A stretch of 45,150 bases of DNA from Klebsormidium nitens (taxonomy: Eukaryota; Plantae; Klebsormidiophyceae), in contig DF237632.1 in assembly GCA_000708835.1 (NCBI GenBank), positions 1-45,150 on the forward strand. Reading direction: 5' to 3'. The notes below the pieces were generated by a model. It ran no database searches. It worked only from the letters and a program-made list of their open reading frames with translations, and was not told the DNA's origin. This document shows, in pieces, positions 31,999-43,803 of this stretch (position 1 is the first letter of the stretch; each line of letters begins with the position of its first letter). A program made the position numbers and the translations under genes.

Positions 31999-34662
31999 GC
32001 CATTCAGCCCCGCAGCGACACCGACGCTTCAGACTTCCACATCCGTCACGGCCAGTCTCATTGACACAGCGGTCTGTCGGTACTGTCAAATACAGGGATA
32101 TGTACGGGTAGCTATGATCATGGCAAAGTTGATCTTGGTGTTAATACAGCGGAAGTACATGATAGTTTCATAGTCGTTCGTAGCCAGGTTGCTTGTATAG
32201 TCAGATTATACGACTTATCATTTATATATAACAGTGAAGTCACAAGCTCCGCTCAGTATGCATCGCATGGGCGACCTAGCTAGACGATTCCTATCAGGGC
32301 GCGACTGCATCAGATTTGAACATCAGGAAGCTACTGCAATGGATTCTAGCAGCTTATGGATCTGACTTTCTACAATCGATAGAAGCATATACTGCTTGGA
32401 CACAGCTCGTTTGTACTCAAGGACTTGCTCGTTTCCCAAACGAGAATCTGGCATGATACGGATTTGCGTCAAGAAGGGAAGGGTTTGCTTTGTTTCATCA
32501 GAAACATGTAAGCGGTTACGTTCAAAGACATAAGCCTGCAGGATGTGATGGCTGTCCAGCTCCTCACTTGAAAAGTTTTTCGCACGTACAATCTAGTTTC
32601 AGGCTATTCTAAGAGAATCAAAAGAAACGCAAGCTGCCAGCCGTCCCCCAAGATCGATCATTCATCTGGGCATATAAACAAGACTAAGATCGATATAATC
32701 GATGATTTGGATATGGATGATTATAAGCAGGATCGATCCTTCTAGAATGTGCCAGACATATTGTACGGTTTTACGACAGTGCTCGCATACGAGGTTGTTT
32801 CGTGATCTTGAATTGAGCAGCATCAGCGATCGGAGGGCCCTTCAAAAGGTTGCAAGGGGCCGGTATATGACGACCGTCAAATAGGCAACGTATTTAAAAT
32901 CAACTTCGGCACAAAAGGGGGAAGGCATTCTGAGCGCCTAAGTGGCGCTAAGTTAGTCGATCTGCTCATTCGGTGCGAATCATCGCCAAACAGCCGCCGA
33001 CTGAAAGGCTACTGCGGTGCGCGTCAAGCTTTTGTCTCAAGAACGTAGTTCAAGCTTTGGTCCTGACGTCTCGATTCTTCCAGACAACTTTTCGGGGCCA
33101 TCAAAATGCTGACGTTTACATTCGCTGCAATGTGAACGAATGTGCCTTCCGTAGCTGTGCTGGCCGATGTGACTGATGACACTGTTTTCTTAACTGCCTC
33201 GCTCCACTTGGAATACTCATGCCCAAAGTCGAAGGCCCCCACAGTTTCCGAGCTTGATTACGAACAAGGTTTCTCGTTTCGACGAAACATATTCCAAAAG
33301 GCCCAAGAGCAATCGGACCGAAGAAGGTGAGAAGAGCGATAAGATACAACCCCTATCACGGCTGCTCAAGTCTTGGCTTTAGTTACAACCATTTCGCGCA
33401 GGAAGCGCAAGAAAGTTTTGTTCCCGAGAACAGATTGGCAGCTTCTTGGAGACCCGCACTGGCATCGCGGTCTGCTCTCAGGCTGTTGTGGCGGTGGTTC
33501 TCCTCCAGTCAGCAATTGTTTCGCACCGATCATGAAATTAGAACTGCACAAAAACGGTGCATGCTTGCAGTCAGTGGCGGCTTGACGAAAACGCGCGCGG
33601 CCGCCCGCCAAGCGTCACGGGTTTTGAGCCTGACGAACCCGCACAGCGCGCGCGCGGCCGCGCGCGCCACCAGCTGGCTCGCGTAGGGGGAAACAGTACA
33701 TACTGCTTTCAGATTCTTTCCCTTCCTTTTCAGCCGCCTTCAATAGGCTCTATGGTCTGGCCATAGTGGAACAGTTCTAGGGTGTGGTACAGCGAAAGCA
33801 GGTCGACCTGCCGTCTTCAAAGGCGTCCTTGTTATCGAGAGAAGCGTCCTTGATGAACTTCATGTGGTCAGAGCCGTCTTCAATCCCTCATCGGATCTGC
33901 CCTTGTGGGCATTATTGATTATCATTAAAAACTTCGAAAAAGACAATACCCTCGGAGTTGCCGGCATTCGTGAAGAGTATGATTGCTTCTGTCATCGCGC
34001 TTTCGTGACGGTCTGGTGGAAGCGAAGTGACAATCCTGCAACGAGATACTGTAGCAAGGTGCAGTCAACCAGCTATCTGAGCGCCTCGGGTGTTTTCACA
34101 TCATCCGAGGGGCATAAGGCTGACGAGAATGAGACCTATTTTCGGAGGCTTCTCAGCACTTTTCATCGAGAAATTGCAGACTGTCGAAAACGCTTGTGGG
34201 CTGTCGAACGTTCGATACTGCGAGTCATTCCATCTAAAAACGACAAAAGGAGCGCCCCTCTTGCTGCCTATCAAGAAACAACCTATTTTCACGTCCCTCC
34301 TGTCCTCGGAAACGGGAAACTGTCTAAGCACCACGGTTTTGTGAAGAGGTAGCTTTTGCGCGTCTGCTCAGAACGTGGGCCGTGTGACCCGTTCGATCTT
34401 CACAAGCAAGTCAAACAGTCAACATGCTGCTCTGACAACTCTGCCAGGCGCTATCAATGAGATGGTCACCCGGCATCCGTCTTCAAGTAACTTGATTGTT
34501 GCTAGAGCGGCTCGGCCAGAGCTACAAAGGAACTTCTCACTGCAGAATTTGTTATACGTAAACAACGGCAGCGCGGTTGATGACTCCTATTCGCAAGCTT
34601 CTACAGTGTTGCAAATCATAATCCGCTCAAACTTGCAAGCGCACCCAACTCAATATCCTAAC

Positions 34663-36481
34663 ATGGCTCTCTCCGTCATGCGCGTTCTCCAAGCTGTTCT
34701 CTTCCTGGTGCTTGGCAGGTTCCTCTGCGCGCGCAGATCCTGATAGTTCCCTTGCCGACTTCACCCCTTCCAACCTGACGAGCTTCGTCTTCCGGGGACT
34801 GGGGAAGAATGGCGTCGTGTCCGTCGCTCCCGGGGGAAGGAGAGCGGCCCTTAGCGTGGAAGTGTTCCCGGCACTCAAGTAAGACCTCCGTGCACTACCC
34901 CCATTTTATGTATTTCTTATCGATCTTTACCTCCTTTATGCTTATATTGGTAAGCGCAGACAGGCCCTTTTTTGATTCGCAAAGAGAGAAAGCTCAAAGA
35001 AGGGCTATATAAAATAGCAGATTGTTGAAAGGCAAGGGTCGCACGGAAAGGCCATGAACCGGAAAGGTCTGAATCAATCTCACTATATGCTCGCTTAATC
35101 ATCTGCTGCAAATATTGCCCCTGCGCTAACCTCAAAAAGCTAACCAGCTAACTAGAACTCGCTCGTGTTGCTGGCGAATGAGCCAAGTTCAAACAAATCG
35201 TTGAGAACAGCTCAGTTCGATGCTCCTTTGATGTAACCTGCTCGTCTAGAGGAGGCCTGATCTCCTGCAAGAGCGCTTTGTTCTTCGCAGTCTGGGCCTA
35301 GACCGATCCAAAATCGATCAGGGGCTCAACTGCAAAGCAGTAATACAAGAGGGCAGGGGTATACGTGGCAACCATTAAATTTTCAAGCTTCTGAAAGGTC
35401 GTTCTGTGTTTTCAGGTCCCTTGGCATCACCTATGTTCGCTTCGAGATGGAGCCCTGCGGTGTGAACGAGCCCCACACCCACCCCCGCGCGACGGAGATC
35501 CTGACCCTCGTTTCGGGGGGTCCCCTCCAAGTCGGCTTCGTAGACACCAAGAGCACCCCCCACATCGACATACTCTACCCCGGGGACGTGACCATTTTCC
35601 CCCGGGGTTTGCTGCACTTCGAGGTCAACGTGGGAAAAAAGACGGCGCTCTTCTTCTCGGCCCTGAACTCTGAGAACCCGGGGACTCTGGTGAGCAGGCA
35701 CCTTTTCAAAAGTCGATCAGCAGTCGTTAGTGCTTTCCAAATCATATTTTTTAAAAATACGAGAAGTGCACGAGTGTGCTGAAACATTTGGCGTTTGTAC
35801 TGTTGGCTGCAACATTAATCTGATCTCTCTTTCCTTGTAGCAAAACTCGCCCTTCGACCTTTCAATCGCATCCCATTTTTTGGCTTTTTGGGATTTTAGG
35901 GTTCTGGGCAGGAAGTGGATGAACCCACTGCATTCGCAAAACCGAGCAAATTAGGGCCTTGTGCGGCTTTATTTTGCCGGCCCCGTCTTTGGACCATCGC
36001 CATTTGACTTTGATTGGGTGTCAGCGCCCCGTTTGCTGCTTGGAATGGTCCGTCACTTGAACGCAGGTATGACTGAAGAATCGAAGCTAAGGTCCCTTCT
36101 TGCCGCTATCGAAAGTCAGTGCAGCCCCGGATTTTCGATTCCAATACAAACGTTAGAGACATTCTTAAAAGGAAATCGAGACGAACGTCATAAAATAAAA
36201 TTTCAATCTATCAAACGCGGTTGTATTCCGCTTAAAACGTTCTCGAGAAAAGAAAGCATCCGCTAACCCCGCCTTTCCGTTCTTCGTTGCTCGTCTATCA
36301 GCCTGCAAGCAACGCCCTCGCTCAGATCCCCAAGCGTGCGCTCATCGCCGCTCTCAAGACTGGCGCCAAGGAAGCCGACGAGCTGAAAGCAGCTAACCCG
36401 TCTGACGCCGGCGTGACCAAACTTTACAAGCTGGATGCGGAGTTCTGTAGTCCCGGCAAGGACATCACAGCAGAGTTCTGA
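34663..36481 (+). pseudogene. Germin-like (cupin) protein gene, 3 exons, with a 1-nt frameshift in the signal peptide (pseudogene or assembly error)
   Basis: Exons 34663-34878, 35416-35689, 36302-36481. Motifs ADPDSSLADF, GVNEPHTHPRATE (germin box 1) and FPRGLLHF (box 2). The ATG frame (MALSVMRVLQAVLFLVLG) stops at 34741-34743, while ADPD lies in the +1 frame with no upstream ATG. Confidence 0.8.
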
Positions 36482-37308
36482 AATAGATGGAGTACGACTC
36501 TCTCCGTATGGGGAGCTTAATTGAGATGTTTCTGAACAGTTTTCCATTTCTTTCAGCATAGTAAATGCCCTCAGGCTCTGAGCTTCGGAATTATCGACCG
36601 GCCACATCCGGAACTTTTCGTCTTTAAGCGTGCGTTCCATCGGCCTCGCCGCACCAGTAATCACCGAGAGATATAAGTCTTGAAGGTTGACGCATTAGCA
36701 GCTTGCAAACCCGGTTTCGATGAAACAGTAAGAGAGGCGCCCTGACAATTTTCAACAACTGCCAGGTTCGCAGAATAAGAAGCATCACTTAGTCATCCAT
36801 AGCTGATGTCGAGGCCGGTTGTTCCAATCATTGACAGCATCTTTGCATGCATGTTTGAGACGACTCCTGGAAAGAAGTCGACTTGTATAGCGCCACCATC
36901 GTACTGCATTTAAAATCTGGATTCCTGATTACGTTGATTCTCGTGGCCGCATATTTATTAGCACAATACTGTGGGAAGCTTTTTGTGCAGCCTTCTACGC
37001 AACTGAAGCAATGTCTTGATCATGCAGCTGCTAGGGTGCTACTTTTCAGGTCAAATATCAATTGCTGGCATATGAAGCACTCTGCATGCATCTGTAACAA
37101 AACTCTCAATGATGAGTCAATGATCCCAGTGTCACCATCATGTCGCAGCGCAACTAGCATGTCGAAGACTTTACGCCCGGAATCACAGATCGAAGCACAG
37201 GCTGCACTGCACCTTGCCGCCCAGCATGAGGATCCCGTGCACTGCATGAGCTAGCTTCGACACTTCATTAATGGTGGCCGCCCGATCAGAGTACCTGGTA
37301 TTTGAAAC

Positions 37309-37919
37309 NNNNNNNNNNNNNNNNNNNNNNNNNNNNNNNNNNNNNNNNNNNNNNNNNNNNNNNNNNNNNNNNNNNNNNNNNNNNNNNNNNNNNNNNNNNN
37401 NNNNNNNNNNNNNNNNNNNNNNNNNNNNNNNNNNNNNNNNNNNNNNNNNNNNNNNNNNNNNNNNNNNNNNNNNNNNNNNNNNNNNNNNNNNNNNNNNNNN
37501 NNNNNNNNNNNNNNNNNNNNNNNNNNNNNNNNNNNNNNNNNNNNNNNNNNNNNNNNNNNNNNNNNNNNNNNNNNNNNNNNNNNNNNNNNNNNNNNNNNNN
37601 NNNNNNNNNNNNNNNNNNNNNNNNNNNNNNNNNNNNNNNNNNNNNNNNNNNNNNNNNNNNNNNNNNNNNNNNNNNNNNNNNNNNNNNNNNNNNNNNNNNN
37701 NNNNNNNNNNNNNNNNNNNNNNNNNNNNNNNNNNNNNNNNNNNNNNNNNNNNNNNNNNNNNNNNNNNNNNNNNNNNNNNNNNNNNNNNNNNNNNNNNNNN
37801 NNNNNNNNNNNNNNNNNNNNNNNNNNNNNNNNNNNNNNNNNNNNNNNNNNNNNNNNNNNNNNNNNNNNNNNNNNNNNNNNNNNNNNNNNNNNNNNNNNNN
37901 NNNNNNNNNNNNNNNNNNN
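37309..37919. other. Assembly gap (N run)
   Basis: Run of N flanked by an identical 21-mer. Confidence 1.
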
Positions 37920-38653
37920 AGAGTACCTGGTATTTGAAACATGGCGGCGGCGCTTACATGCCATGCTGCGCTTCTGATCACATATATGTTTTTGCCATGA
38001 GAATGTGCACGAGTAACCAGTCACCCTTCTTGTCAAAACCAGTAAAGTATGTGCAGAGCAACTTAGCTTATCATCGACAACTGGTTCGATTCCTGAGCTA
38101 ATGCAAATCATGATGCACCAGGCACCGCAATATGTGGCCCTCCATGTTGGAGCCGCAGATCCGTCTGGATTGCGCAAGACTCGCGCCAGACGTCTTCCAC
38201 GATTCCCGTCGATGCCAGCACTTTGGACGGCTCCAATGTCCGCCCTTGGCCCCCAAAGAAGTACTGGCCCGAAACAGTCTGCAAGATTGTGTTCCGAGCT
38301 CAGTCATTGATCGGAGGCCGCAGTGGCAGTGAATCATATTCTGTACATAGTTGGAAAATTTTGTATGTACGGTACATCGACGCATCAGTCCGTCGTGGGA
38401 CAATGCTGGAAGGATGTAGCAATGACACCATGTGAGTATAAGACCAGCCTTGCTTCGACGGAGGCGAAGTAACTCGCTCAGCAAACCTCCAATGCGGACA
38501 AACAGCGTAGTCGGCTACACGGAGCCGAGAAAAGCAATCCTAGGAGCAGCCGGCTTTCGCCTTTCTGCGTAAGTGAAAGCACGGTCCAGCGAGAGTTAGC
38601 TGCCTACTCGACCCCCAGGTCTCAAGAGGCCTCGGACACCTTCTCTGAGATTG

Positions 38654-41600
38654 TTAGAACGAGCCAGAACTGAGAAAAAACTTGGAATTGGAAAGCGCCA
38701 TTGGTTGTCGGCTGCTAGCGTAGGCAGTCCAATCTTGCCGAGCCAAACTCGGAAGCGCTGTAGACCTTGATAGTGCAGACCCCTCAAAGCTAGGCGCACA
38801 TCCGGCGAATAGACGGCTGCCTACTGTCCGTCGTTTAGAATGCAATTTATACATTCCTGATTCACTCTATGCGAAGTCATACGGCCTGAGAACTCACCGG
38901 GTCAGCAAGAGCTGCGTCCAAAACGGTTTGCGCCCCAACCCGGGCCGGATGCATAAGCCGCAGGATAGCGTATATCCAGACGGCGGGCACGTGCAGCCAC
39001 CCAGGCACCTCTCGGAGCAAAGCGGAGTAGATGAACCCGGGGTCGGCGACGCTGCAGGACGGACCGGAAATCATGTCTTTGGACATGGTACTTCGATAGG
39101 GGATTCGAAAGCATGGAGATGTTGAGCTCGTAAGCCAACCCTATAGCCTAACCCTCAGAGGGACCTGCTCCGCACCATTACCCACCCTAAACCCCGTAGC
39201 TCAACTGCACCCTTCTCAAGCTGACTAGCTTCGTGTATTGACAATTACTGTTCCTGAAATGATGTTTTCATTTCAAGATTCCTAGAGAGAGCGCACACGG
39301 ACGCATCTGCAGGAATGACCGGGCGACTGCACAGTGTGGCCCTCTGCTCACACGTCGCTAGAAAACGGGTTTCTTCCCAAGCCATGAAACGCTGCCTAAA
39401 GGCGAACGGTGCCGAGATTACGACCGCCCAGGCGACGCGTTTTCTGTGAACAGCGCCGTATTGGACAGATCAACCGGATTCCAACGAAAAGATGGTATTT
39501 TGTGTTGTCCGCTGGTCAACTTACTTGACACTAACTCTTCGGCTCTCCTTAGCCTCCTGGTAGCACCGCTTGTGGAGTGCCAAGGCGTGGGCTATTATAC
39601 ATACTGCAGAGGAAGAGCAAACGAGAACGCTGAACAACTGTATGCTTAAAGAGGTCGTCCGCAGACATAGCGACCGGTGAGCATGGATTACACTGTTCCC
39701 GTCGTCGCGACATGTGTTTGACAAAGGTGCCTTTTCAGGTGTCAAGGACGCCGCACAGCCACGTGGGTACATTAAAATTCAAAGCCCACTTCAGACCGAA
39801 CGGCTGGTCTTTGACTGATTTTGACAAAGCATGAACCAGTCAAATCGCTCCCACCGCCTGAGCTGCCAGGCCACCCGCCGTATTCGATCTTGGAAGTGTC
39901 TGCAGGCGGACTGGAGTCCCCCGCACTGACGGAGCGGTTTTGGACCAAGTACCGGCGAGTATCTCCTTAAACGAAGAAACGAGTTTCAGGGGCGATTGCC
40001 CTTGTTGAAGGAAAAGGCAATGCCGTTGTTGAAGGGAAAGGTCCGACAAGCGAAGCATACTCGGAAGTGTGTCGGCGCTGCCTCCGGACCGGCAGCACGG
40101 ACGCGAAATCAGACGCAACAAGCGGGGCAAATAAAAGGGGACCTTCTTTGAGCACTCCGGGACCGAACAGCCTAGTAAGTTTTAGGTGGAATCTTCGTCA
40201 TCACAATCTCAACGCACAGCAATCCAGCAATCAACGGCGCTCAAGACAAGCTCGGCCAAAACCAGATCGAGCGCAATCTTGTTGGCGAGCCTCACGTTTG
40301 GAAGCTTGGTAGCTGTAGGCCGGCGTGTAGAACTGCGGGCCGCCCAGGCGGAACGCGCCGTCAAATCCGGAGGCGAGGAGCTGCCGCCTCACCGGTACGA
40401 AGTTGGCTGCAGAAGACGAGGTCTAATTCAGCGTACAACCCTTCATTCCCCGTGATCGATTCGATTTGATAGAAGGTGCTGAGGTGACAACAGAGGCTTC
40501 ATTGATAAGGCTCTTCGTAGGTCGAGCGATGTTGAGCGCCTGGTCTTCCAATCAATCACATCGGGTTTGGCGATTGACGTTCGGAACAAAGGAGCCTTGA
40601 AAACCGGTCTTGTATCACGAGCTGTCGAAAATGCTCTGAAAGTGAGGATGTGGAATCTACCCAACCTGCCAACAGAGGGGCTACTTCTGTCAAAAAAGAT
40701 ACTGGCCGCTATATTGGCAAAGGCGACACGGTATTAACCCAAGGGCGCGTTCGACATTCTGAAAGTTCTGCTGTTGTCAACCTATCACAAGGTGACCTGC
40801 ACTCTGCATTCACCGCCCGCTGAAAGGACCCTTTAAAATAGTCAGTGATTCACCTGATATCCAAATGCAAATCCTAGGAACGTCACCGACCTTCTTCGTC
40901 AAGTGCGTGACACCACTCCGCACTACCACCGTTCACCACGGTGGCGGTTTCGAGGGTATTAACAGCAAAAAAAGGGAGGCTTCCAAAGTCCCGTGTCTCA
41001 ATCCTCTCAATCCTCGAGGACGGATCTAGATCAGAACAAAGAGGAGACGTCATGGATAAGGACGATATGGACATTCTCATAGAGACGATGAAAGGCAACA
41101 AATGTAACTTACCTGCTCTGTGAGTCCAGGAGCCAACATTGACGACCCGGGCATTTGGCGCTGCTTTTTGGAGCAGCGGCAGCAACCGGTTGGTCAGGAT
41201 GAAATGGCCCAGGTAGTTGGACGCTATCATCCTGCACTGAAGATGAAATTCCGCGGTTTGCCATTCAACCAGTTTGGTTTTCGAGACCAGAGGGACAAAG
41301 AGTTTTTGACATTGCGGCATGCCTTCGAGACTCGTGGCTATCCTGAGTCGGAACGAAAGGTTGCGGAATATGGTCTGAACACAGAACACGGGAACTTTGC
41401 GAGTGCGGGAAGGCGTCGAGTCTAAATAACACAGACTCGTTCACTTTGCTTAAACTCGTCTACTAAAGTGTCGACGGCTGCGGTTTCGAATGACCGTCAC
41501 GGAATCAACGTTCACCGATCTGGAGGGGTGCAAACTTGGTTTTTTCAGTGGTAAGATCTGGGCAAGATCTTCTCCAGGATACAAGGTGCTACGAGTTGCG

Positions 41601-43299
41601 CTCTCGACACTCTCAGGGTTGTCGTACTTTGCACAGACAGATCAATCATTTCGAGGGGCGCAGCTTTGACCTGCATCGTTTTTGAAAATCCATAGCCAAA
41701 GAAGAACACAATCGTCTGAACGGAACCCTCACCTGTCTATCCGGTCATCTGTCCACCGCTGAGTCAGCGTGAAGACCCCAGCATTGTTCACCAGCAGGCG
41801 CAACGGACCGTGCTCTGTTCCATTTCCCACCAGGGCCTCGACAGAATCCGCAAATGCTAGTATGGACTTGTACAAGCACAGATCAAGTACAGAAACCTGG
41901 AGGGAAGCTTTGGGGAAAGACGCCCTGATCGACGCAGCAGCCTGGAAGTAGGAACAGGAGATGATGAGGATTCTGACAAATAGCAATGACGATCTGAGAG
42001 GCAATCGGTCAGTTGCACTGTATGGAAGAAGCTGCGCTACTGGCGGTAGGTCGATGATGGGAAAGCCTCTCGGTTTCAAACTCGGATGTAGGAACGAACA
42101 GGATACAATTGCCTTTTACCATCGCCAGATTGCGGAAGCAATCTTTCTCATGTCATCTACTGCCTACAGCTCTTGCCGGATTAAGAAATAGCCCTGCGGG
42201 GCTTACCTTTTCCCCACTCCCCACTGATCGACAAGCTGCACAAGAGCAAATTTGAGTTCCCTCAGTTCTGTCCTGTCTGCATGGTCTGAACTCGTGATAG
42301 CTGTGAAGCGATGCTGGGACGCCATAACGGTAGCCAGAGCTGTGCCACAACAACCACTTACCCCAACCTTGCTAGGGTGTCCAAGTACTTTCCTACGCTT
42401 TCAAAGTAGGTGCTTCCATTTGCAGATGTCTTCAAAGGGGGAACTGGGGCACTGGGCCCGCTCACAGAGTGCCTTCTTTCCTGCCACAAAAGAAAAAGCT
42501 CTGCCTGCCAGCGCTCCTCAAGGGGTCTGCTGTGCACAGAGACTGAGTTCTAAGGGAAGGGCGTCCAGCTCCCACGGACATGAACCTTTTTTCCAGTGAG
42601 GAAGCTTTCACGTACGTGAGCGCCTGCCTATTGGGGAAACTTTCAACTGAAGCTGAAACAGTACAAGGGACCTGGGGGTGGGGAACAGTACATGACCGTG
42701 ACTCACCAAGGACAACATGAAACCCTTCTTTTGCAAGCTCCCTGGTAGTTGCAAGTCCTAGCCCTGAAGATGCCTGCAATGAAGAAGCATGAAGCAGGTT
42801 TCATCGACTTGCACGTGCGAATGAGGGGTGGTGCAAAAGCTGCCGCCAAAAGAAGCCCAGAAAGAAGCCAGGATCAAGCAACACGAGCTTGGAACTTTTG
42901 TTGATTCGAGGGTAGCATCATTTACTTTACCGAGTTGTCGAGCTGGTGACAGAATTGCCTCTAAACACCATCAAGCCCTTCCATAGAATGTTTATTCTCA
43001 GCAACGAATTATTCATCACAGTACCTTACACCATGGGTCGCTGAGACACAGCAATACGGACAATCGAAGGACACCTCAACGATGCCTCTTACCCCTGTGA
43101 CGATGGCAACACCCTGCTTTACATCTCCCTTTCCGACACGCCAGGTTCCGGAGCGGGGGCATCTTTTTGCAGCTTTACTCCCTCTGTGCCTCCACCAGAC
43201 CAGCAGCTTGTCCTTGACAAGGAGGTACACCCAGGTGATCAGCATGAGCCATGCATTGGTGGGCTGCAAGAGATTGCTGATGCTGCTCGAAGGCGCCAT
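38654..43299 (-). CDS. Short-chain dehydrogenase/reductase (retinol dehydrogenase/At5g04070-like) with an N-terminal hydrophobic anchor; last exon boundary uncertain
   Basis: Minus-strand exons 43299-43093, 42773-42707, 42235-42207, 41941-41733, 41231-41113, 40406-40296, 39603-39525, 39051-38898, plus a probable terminal exon near 38830-38654. Motifs VTGASSGLG, LLVNNAG, MIASNYLGHF, VVNVGS, YQASK (YxxxK) and VADPG. Splice phases are consistent through the eighth exon. Confidence 0.87.
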
Positions 43300-43414
43300 A
43301 TTATTATTTGGCACAACTCCTCGAACAACTTACAAGTGCCCTGCTGCTATTATTACTCATGGAACATCATACACTGATACAGGGGGAGGCCAAACATTCG
43401 TTGAAGTTTGAACC

Positions 43415-43803
43415 CTTATCGCCCGTCCGGATTTTTCGCTCAGCCTTTGGGTCGGGACACATATCTCGTATTTGCCCCGGTCGGAGGCAGCCAGGGCAAT
43501 ATTTGCGTATTGCCCCCGTTTGCACGTGTAAGAGAGGGCGATACGCAGCAGAGCCAATCAGGAGTGAGAATTTTCTTCCTGCGGACAATACGGAGGCCCA
43601 CGTGATCCAATATTGCCCCGCAACTTAATTTGCCCGGTGAAAGTTCAAGATTTGAATCTGGTCCGTGCGATCGACCTTCGCGAAAAATCGGACGGGCGAT
43701 AAGTAGGTTATTGTCCTCGGGGTCGGGAATACGGGTGACATTCCCCTCGGGCTCCGCCCTCGGGGAATATCACCCGTATTCCCTCCCCCTCGTACAATAA
43801 CCT
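43415..43803. mobile_element. Non-autonomous hairpin-type element: 24-bp inverted repeat pair plus an adjacent ~100-bp palindrome (Crypton- or Helentron-like, unresolved)
   Basis: CTTATCGCCCGTCCGGATTTTTCGC (43415-43439) versus GCGAAAAATCGGACGGGCGATAAG (43680-43703). Hairpin 43705-43803: AGGTTATTGT...GGGAATACGGGTGACATTCCCC / GGGGAATATCACCCGTATTCCC...ACAATAACCT. Confidence 0.55.

Noticed and set aside
33024-34352. ORFs of 72-162 aa upstream of the germin gene
   Set aside because: No ATG-led motif-bearing product and no splice support.
37251-38177. Long ORFs crossing the second gap, and the identical 21-mer AGAGTACCTGGTATTTGAAAC on both sides of it
   Set aside because: Most likely a contig-end overlap from scaffolding. 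It cannot be told apart from a real direct repeat without reads.
39145-39195. CCCTAA-like words suggesting interstitial telomeric repeats (also near 9135 and 27612)
   Set aside because: Isolated degenerate words within C-rich intronic or intergenic tracts, not arrays.
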